64,000 nucleotides of DNA, from the NCBI RefSeq assembly GCF_036507355.1, contig NZ_AP027877.1; one strand, written 5' to 3'. Below are positions 54,989-64,000 of this stretch, piece after piece; the first letter of the stretch is position 1, and the number at the start of each line of letters is the position of its first letter. Both the position numbers and the translations under genes were made by a program. The notes under the pieces were generated by a model. It did not search any database and was not told the DNA's origin. It worked only from the letters and a program-made list of their open reading frames with translations. This stretch comes from Escherichia coli (GTDB taxonomy: Bacteria > Pseudomonadota > Gammaproteobacteria > Enterobacterales > Enterobacteriaceae).

Positions 54989-56494
54989 TTACGACGCCAG
55001 CGACAACTTCTGCTGCGTATACTCCACCAGCCACTGACTCACACGAGATTGTTGATCCGCATTCAGCCACATGCCTTGTTTTGTGCGACGCCACAGGGCA
55101 TCGTCGGCGCGGCGGACCCATTCGTGATCCACCAGGTATTTCAGCTCCGCTTCGTAGAACTCATGACCGAAATCTTCCCCGAGATCGCTTACCGTCCCCG
55201 CATTGCCGAGCAGCAACTCGCTGTTGCTGCCGTAAGTGCGCGCGTAGTGACGTGCCAGCGATTCGGTCAGGAACGGGTAGCGGCGGCGCAGGCGGGCGGC
55301 ATAATCGTCGCGGTCGCCTTCAATGGCACCACCCGGCAGCACGCTCTCTTTCGTCCATGCCGGGCCAATGCCCTGATAATACGGCGTTAGTTTTTCCAGC
55401 GCGTGCTCCGCCAGTTTGCGGTAGGTGGTCAGCTTACCGCCGAATACCGACAGCAGCGGTGCTTTGCCGTTTTCATCATGGATATCAAGGGTGTAATCAC
55501 GGGTAATGGCCTGCGGCGAGTCGGACTCATCATCACACAGCGGACGCACACCGGAGTAAGTCCAGACGATATCGTCACGGCTTAACTGCTTTTTAAAGTG
55601 CGCGTTATACACTTTCAGCAGGTAATTGATTTCACTCTCTTCAATCTTCACCGCTTTCGGATCGCCTTTGTATTCCACATCGGTGGTGCCGATGATGGAA
55701 AACTCATCCATCCACGGGATCACGAACACAATGCGTTTATCTTCGTTTTGCAGAATGTAGGCTTGCTTCTGGGTATGCACACGCGGCACCACAATATGGC
55801 TGCCTTTGATCAGGCGAATGCCATAAGGCGAAGGCAGATGCATGCCGTCGTCGAAGAACTGTTTCACCCACGGGCCGGTAGCATTCACCAGGCCGCGCGC
55901 CTGCCAGCGGTATTTTTTGCCGGTGTCGATATCTTCCGCTTCCACAATCCACAAGCCGTTTTCGCGGCGAGCAGAGGTGGCGCGAGTGCGGGTAAGCACT
56001 TCGCCGCCTTTACGCACCACCATCTGAGCGTTGGCGAGTACCAGACGGGCGTCGTCTACCCAACAGTCGGAATATTCGAATCCGCGCTTGATTTCCGGTT
56101 TTAACACTGAGTTTGCGCCAAAACGCAAGCCGGTTGATCCCGGCAGGCTGGTGCGTTTACCCAGATGATCGTACATAAACAGACCAATCCGAATCATCCA
56201 CGCCGGGCGCAGATGCGGACGATGTGGCAGGCGAAAACGCATCGGGAAGGCGATATGCGGGGCCATTTTCAGCAGCACTTCACGTTCAGCCAGCGCCTCG
56301 CTGACCAGGCGGAATTCATAGTGCTCAAGGTAGCGCAGGCCACCGTGAATGAGTTTTGAACTAGCGGAAGAGGTCGCGCAAGCGAGATCCTGCGCCTCCA
56401 GCATCAGCACGGATAAACCGCGTCCAGCGGCGTCTGCCGCGATACCAGCACCATTGATGCCGCCCCCTATCACAATCAGATCTTTGGTTTCCAT
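54989..56494 (-). CDS. glpD: Aerobic glycerol-3-phosphate dehydrogenase GlpD (501 aa)
   Basis: ORF trimmed to METKDLIVIGGGINGAGIAADAAGRG (FAD-binding motif). Confidence 0.95.
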   Translation of the reverse strand: METKDLIVIGGGINGAGIAADAAGRGLSVLMLEAQDLACATSSASSKLIHGGLRYLEHYEFRLVSEALAEREVLLKMAPHIAFPMRFRLPHRPHLRPAWMIRIGLFMYDHLGKRTSLPGSTGLRFGANSVLKPEIKRGFEYSDCWVDDARLVLANAQMVVRKGGEVLTRTRATSARRENGLWIVEAEDIDTGKKYRWQARGLVNATGPWVKQFFDDGMHLPSPYGIRLIKGSHIVVPRVHTQKQAYILQNEDKRIVFVIPWMDEFSIIGTTDVEYKGDPKAVKIEESEINYLLKVYNAHFKKQLSRDDIVWTYSGVRPLCDDESDSPQAITRDYTLDIHDENGKAPLLSVFGGKLTTYRKLAEHALEKLTPYYQGIGPAWTKESVLPGGAIEGDRDDYAARLRRRYPFLTESLARHYARTYGSNSELLLGNAGTVSDLGEDFGHEFYEAELKYLVDHEWVRRADDALWRRTKQGMWLNADQQSRVSQWLVEYTQQKLSLAS

Positions 56495-56605
56495 GCTGCC
56501 CTCATTCACTTTCGTTAAAGCTCATAAATGTTCGTTATCGAACATATTAGCAAAGAATTGCGCTTTAGGTAACATTGAAAAAACATTTTAGAGTGATATG
56601 TATAA

Positions 56606-57010
<405 letters not shown>

Positions 57011-57042
57011 CGCTTTATACTGTCCCCTTTTGTGTGGAATAA

Positions 57043-57885
<843 letters not shown>

Positions 57886-57901
57886 TTCCAGGGATTTAGA
57901 A

Positions 57902-58660
57902 ATGAAACAAACACAACGTCACAACGGTATTATCGAACTGGTTAAACAGCAGGGTTATGTCAGTACCGAAGAGCTGGTAGAGCATTTCTCCGTCAGCCCG
58001 CAGACTATTCGCCGCGACCTCAATGAGCTGGCGGAGCAAAACCTGATCCTGCGCCATCACGGCGGTGCGGCGCTGCCTTCCAGTTCGGTTAACACGCCGT
58101 GGCACGATCGCAAGGCCACCCAGACCGAAGAAAAAGAGCGCATCGCCCGTAAAGTGGCGGAGCAAATCCCCAACGGCTCGACGCTGTTTATCGATATTGG
58201 CACCACGCCGGAAGCGGTGGCGCACGCGCTGCTTAATCACAGCAATTTGCGTATTGTCACCAACAATCTCAATGTTGCTAACACGTTGATGGTAAAAGAA
58301 GATTTCCGCATTATTCTCGCCGGTGGCGAATTACGCAGCCGCGATGGCGGGATCATTGGCGAAGCGACGCTCGATTTTATCTCCCAGTTCCGCCTTGATT
58401 TCGGCATTCTGGGGATAAGCGGCATCGATAGCGACGGCTCGCTGCTGGAGTTCGATTACCACGAAGTTCGCACCAAACGCGCCATTATTGAGAACTCGCG
58501 CCACGTTATGCTGGTGGTCGATCACTCGAAATTTGGCCGTAACGCGATGGTCAATATGGGCAGCATCAGCATGGTAGATGCCGTCTACACCGACGCCCCG
58601 CCGCCAGTAAGCGTGATGCAGGTGCTGACGGACCACCATATTCAACTGGAGCTGTGCTGA
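57902..58660 (+). CDS. glpR: Glycerol-3-phosphate regulon repressor GlpR, DeoR family (252 aa)
   Basis: ORF 57851..58660 trimmed to MKQTQRHNGIIELVKQQGYVSTEEL. Confidence 0.93.
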   Translation: MKQTQRHNGIIELVKQQGYVSTEELVEHFSVSPQTIRRDLNELAEQNLILRHHGGAALPSSSVNTPWHDRKATQTEEKERIARKVAEQIPNGSTLFIDIGTTPEAVAHALLNHSNLRIVTNNLNVANTLMVKEDFRIILAGGELRSRDGGIIGEATLDFISQFRLDFGILGISGIDSDGSLLEFDYHEVRTKRAIIENSRHVMLVVDHSKFGRNAMVNMGSISMVDAVYTDAPPPVSVMQVLTDHHIQLELC

Positions 58661-60240
58661 TCCTGCACGGCTTCCCACGTCAGACCAAAACGCGCCAGGT
58701 ATTTGCGTAGCCGATCCGCGTCATTGACGCTGGCTTTGCCCTGGCGCGAAACGTCAAAAAGCTGGCGTCCGGCTGCGGAAAGCGACTTTGCCTGGCGGCA
58801 GATTGCGATAACGTGTTCCAGTTGCATACGGTCGAAGAGATCGATGTTTTCTGCCTCTGCGCCCAGCAACGCCGTAAGCGCGGAGGGGCGGCTCTCCTGC
58901 CAGTTATAGCGCAGACGGTTTATCTCATCTTCAACCACGTCCAGAGTAATGCGTCCGCTAGAGGCAAAGGTTGCCATTCGCGTGACGCTGGCAGAAAGCT
59001 CGCGAAAGTTACCGCGCCATGTTGCCTGGGGAGATGTCGCAAAGGCCAGCCAGGCGCGCCGCGCTTCGGTGTTAAAACGCACGCTGTCGCCGGTGAGTGA
59101 AGCGTGGCGCTCCACTTCATAATCCAGGTTAGGTTCAATATCTTCCTGACGCTGGCGTAGCCCCGGCAGGGTGAAGGTCCAGAGATTGATCCGCGCGTAT
59201 AGATCTTCGCGGAATTTGCCATCGGCAACCAACTGGCGTAAATCGCGCACCGTTCCGGCGATGAGCTGAAAATCACTGCTCACCTGGCGATCGCTGCCAA
59301 ACGGGTAAAAGTTTTTCTCTTCAATGGCTTTCAGCAGCATTGCCTGTTCGTCTGCGCCCAGTTCGCCAATCTCATCAAGAAACAACATCCCACCGTTGGC
59401 GCTACGTAATAATCCTTCACGGGATTCCCGCGCCCCGGTAAACGCGCCTTTTACATGACCAAACAGCGTCGACATGGCGGTATCGCCACGCAAGGTAGCG
59501 CAGTTCACTTCCACAAACGCGCCGCTAAACTGATGCCGCGCCTGTTTTAATTCGAAAATGCGTCGTGCCAGAAACGACTTACCCGCACCGGTCGGGCCGT
59601 TAAGCAGGATCGGTGCGCGGGATTTAATCGCCACTTTTTCAATCTGCTCAATCATGCGGTTGAAGTGGGGGTTACGCGTGGCAATGCCGGACTTAAGAAA
59701 ATCAAGCGTTTGCTGGCGTTCCTCGGCAAAGCGGCTGGCGATGGCGTTATAACGGCTTAGATCGAGATCGATAATCGTCACTTCACCTGAGCCGCGCGGT
59801 TGTTCTTTTTTGCGCGGAGGTGAAGATTGTATCAACCGGGCGGGTAGATAACGCGCTTCCGCCAGCAGAAACCAGCAAATCTGCGCGACGTGGGTGCCGG
59901 TGGTGATGTGAATTAAATAGTCTTCTTTTTCTGGCTGAAACTCGTAACCACGGGCGAAATCATGCAGGCAGGCGTAAACCTCTTCGAAATCCCACGGGTT
60001 ATGCAGTTCAATCTCAACGCTCACCACTTCTGTTTCTGGCGAAACGCTGGCGATATCGCGTTTAAGCGTTTCAAATAGCGAGCGCGAGCGGGCGTCATGC
60101 AATAATTCCAGTCGATCGATGACCAACGATTCTTGCTGGCATAAACAAAGCGTCGGACGCCATTTCGACCAGCGCTGACTGCCGCGCCCGGCATAATCCA
60201 GCACCGTTCCGACAAAGCCAAAAGCCACTGTTTTACGCAT
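58642..60240 (-). CDS. rtcR: Sigma-54-dependent transcriptional activator RtcR (532 aa)
   Basis: ORF 58642..60408 trimmed to [23 protein letters not shown]+ sigma-54 interaction domain (GAFTGA). Confidence 0.93.
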   Translation of the reverse strand: MRKTVAFGFVGTVLDYAGRGSQRWSKWRPTLCLCQQESLVIDRLELLHDARSRSLFETLKRDIASVSPETEVVSVEIELHNPWDFEEVYACLHDFARGYEFQPEKEDYLIHITTGTHVAQICWFLLAEARYLPARLIQSSPPRKKEQPRGSGEVTIIDLDLSRYNAIASRFAEERQQTLDFLKSGIATRNPHFNRMIEQIEKVAIKSRAPILLNGPTGAGKSFLARRIFELKQARHQFSGAFVEVNCATLRGDTAMSTLFGHVKGAFTGARESREGLLRSANGGMLFLDEIGELGADEQAMLLKAIEEKNFYPFGSDRQVSSDFQLIAGTVRDLRQLVADGKFREDLYARINLWTFTLPGLRQRQEDIEPNLDYEVERHASLTGDSVRFNTEARRAWLAFATSPQATWRGNFRELSASVTRMATFASSGRITLDVVEDEINRLRYNWQESRPSALTALLGAEAENIDLFDRMQLEHVIAICRQAKSLSAAGRQLFDVSRQGKASVNDADRLRKYLARFGLTWEAVQDQHSSS

Positions 60241-60374
60241 CTTAGATATCCTTATAAAAGACGATATTTCATTATCGGTAAATCGGCTTTGCGGGAAATC
60301 TCCGGTTACGGACGTAAAGATATAATCTTTTTTAAAACAATGAGTTAAAAAATTAATCTGCTTATTTAATTTTC

Positions 60375-60390
60375 TGGCACGACGGTTGCA
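60375..60390 (+). promoter_or_regulatory. Sigma-54 promoter of rtcBA
   Basis: tggcac-N5-ttgca with the conserved GG and GC, ~37 nt upstream of rtcB. Confidence 0.85.
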
Positions 60391-60426
60391 ATTATCAGGA
60401 CATACCAACGAAAAGAGAAAAACAAA

Positions 60427-61653
60427 ATGAATTACGAATTACTGACCACTGAAAATGCCCCGGTAAAAATGTGGACCAAAGGCGTGCCGGTAGAAGCCGA
60501 TGCGCGTCAGCAACTTATTAATACGGCGAAGATGCCGTTTATTTTCAAACATATTGCGGTAATGCCTGATGTACACCTGGGTAAAGGTTCCACCATTGGT
60601 AGCGTGATCCCGACCAAAGGGGCGATTATTCCGGCGGCGGTGGGCGTGGATATCGGTTGTGGAATGAACGCACTACGTACCGCTTTAACGGCGGCAGATC
60701 TGCCTGAAAACCTGGCGGAGCTGCGTCAGGCGATTGAAACGGCCGTGCCGCACGGGCGTACTACCGGACGTTGTAAACGTGATAAAGGCGCATGGGAAAA
60801 CCCGCCTGTTAACGTCGATGCGAAATGGGCTGAGCTGGAGGCCGGTTATCAGTGGTTAACGCAAAAATATCCGCGTTTCCTTAACACTAACAACTATAAA
60901 CACCTGGGAACGCTGGGAACGGGTAACCACTTTATTGAAATCTGCCTTGATGGGTCGGACCAGGTGTGGATTATGCTGCACTCCGGTTCACGCGGAATTG
61001 GTAACGCTATCGGGACTTACTTTATCGATCTGGCGCAAAAAGAGATGCAGGACCAACTTGAGACGTTGCCGTCGCGTGATCTGGCGTACTTTATGGAAGG
61101 TACGGAATACTTTGATGATTACCTAAGAGCCGTGGCCTGGGCGCAGCTTTTCGCCAGCCTTAACCGCGATGCGATGATGGAAAACGTGGTAACGGCGTTG
61201 CAGAGCATTACGCAGAAAACGGTCAGACAGCCACAAACGCTGGCGATGGAAGAGATCAACTGTCACCACAACTATGTGCAAAAAGAACAGCACTTTGGTG
61301 AAGAGATCTATGTGACGCGTAAAGGCGCGGTGTCTGCGCGTGCTGGTCAATATGGAATTATTCCAGGGTCGATGGGAGCGAAAAGCTTTATCGTCCGTGG
61401 GCTGGGAAATGAAGAGTCGTTCTGTTCGTGCAGCCACGGTGCCGGGCGGGTTATGAGCCGTACTAAAGCGAAAAAAATGTTCAGCGTGGAAGATCAAATT
61501 CGTGCCACCGCGCATGTGGAATGCCGTAAAGATGCCGAAGTGATCGACGAAATCCCGATGGCGTATAAAGATATTGATGCGGTGATGGCGGCACAAAGCG
61601 ATCTGGTGGAAGTTATCTATACCCTGCGTCAGGTGGTGTGCGTAAAAGGATAA
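60427..61653 (+). CDS. rtcB: RNA-splicing ligase RtcB (408 aa)
   Basis: 408 aa; conserved metal-binding His and Cys residues. Confidence 0.95.
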   Translation: MNYELLTTENAPVKMWTKGVPVEADARQQLINTAKMPFIFKHIAVMPDVHLGKGSTIGSVIPTKGAIIPAAVGVDIGCGMNALRTALTAADLPENLAELRQAIETAVPHGRTTGRCKRDKGAWENPPVNVDAKWAELEAGYQWLTQKYPRFLNTNNYKHLGTLGTGNHFIEICLDGSDQVWIMLHSGSRGIGNAIGTYFIDLAQKEMQDQLETLPSRDLAYFMEGTEYFDDYLRAVAWAQLFASLNRDAMMENVVTALQSITQKTVRQPQTLAMEEINCHHNYVQKEQHFGEEIYVTRKGAVSARAGQYGIIPGSMGAKSFIVRGLGNEESFCSCSHGAGRVMSRTKAKKMFSVEDQIRATAHVECRKDAEVIDEIPMAYKDIDAVMAAQSDLVEVIYTLRQVVCVKG

Positions 61654-62673
<1,020 letters not shown>

Positions 62674-62715
62674 TATAAAGATGTAAGCCGGATCCAATGC
62701 ATTATCCGGCTAAAC

Positions 62716-64000
<1,285 letters not shown>

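Overview
This window is a syntenic enterobacterial chromosome segment (Escherichia coli / Shigella type), running in the opposite orientation to the usual K-12 map, from acpT (partial) to malT (partial). Gene identities are from my recognition of the translated ORFs, not from a database search. The conserved backbone is: yhhT, yhhS, dcrB, yhhQ, tusA, zntA, yhhN-yhhM-yhhL, rsmD, ftsYEX, rpoH, livJ, panZ, livKHMGF, ugpBAECQ, yhhA, ggt, yhhY, RyhB sRNA, yhhX, yhhW, gntRKU, yhgN, asd, glgBXCAP, glpD, glpEGR, rtcR, rtcBA, malT. Against that backbone, five loci look accessory or decayed: (1) a DUF1778/GNAT toxin-antitoxin pair between livJ and panZ; (2) a 248-aa membrane/helical-repeat protein between livF and ugpB; (3) an orphan Hcp-HNH toxin gene with an in-frame premature stop, followed by a translationally coupled putative immunity gene, a 54-aa ORF and a yrhB homolog with no ATG; (4) a three-gene cluster after glgP encoding two paralogous PstS-like binding proteins and a membrane protein; (5) a 1264-bp IS3-family element that interrupts that third gene. 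The combination of IS insertion and point inactivations suggests a non-K-12, possibly Shigella-like, background. Start codons were adjusted by eye where the longest ORF over-extends; coordinates of small regulatory sites are approximate to a few bases.
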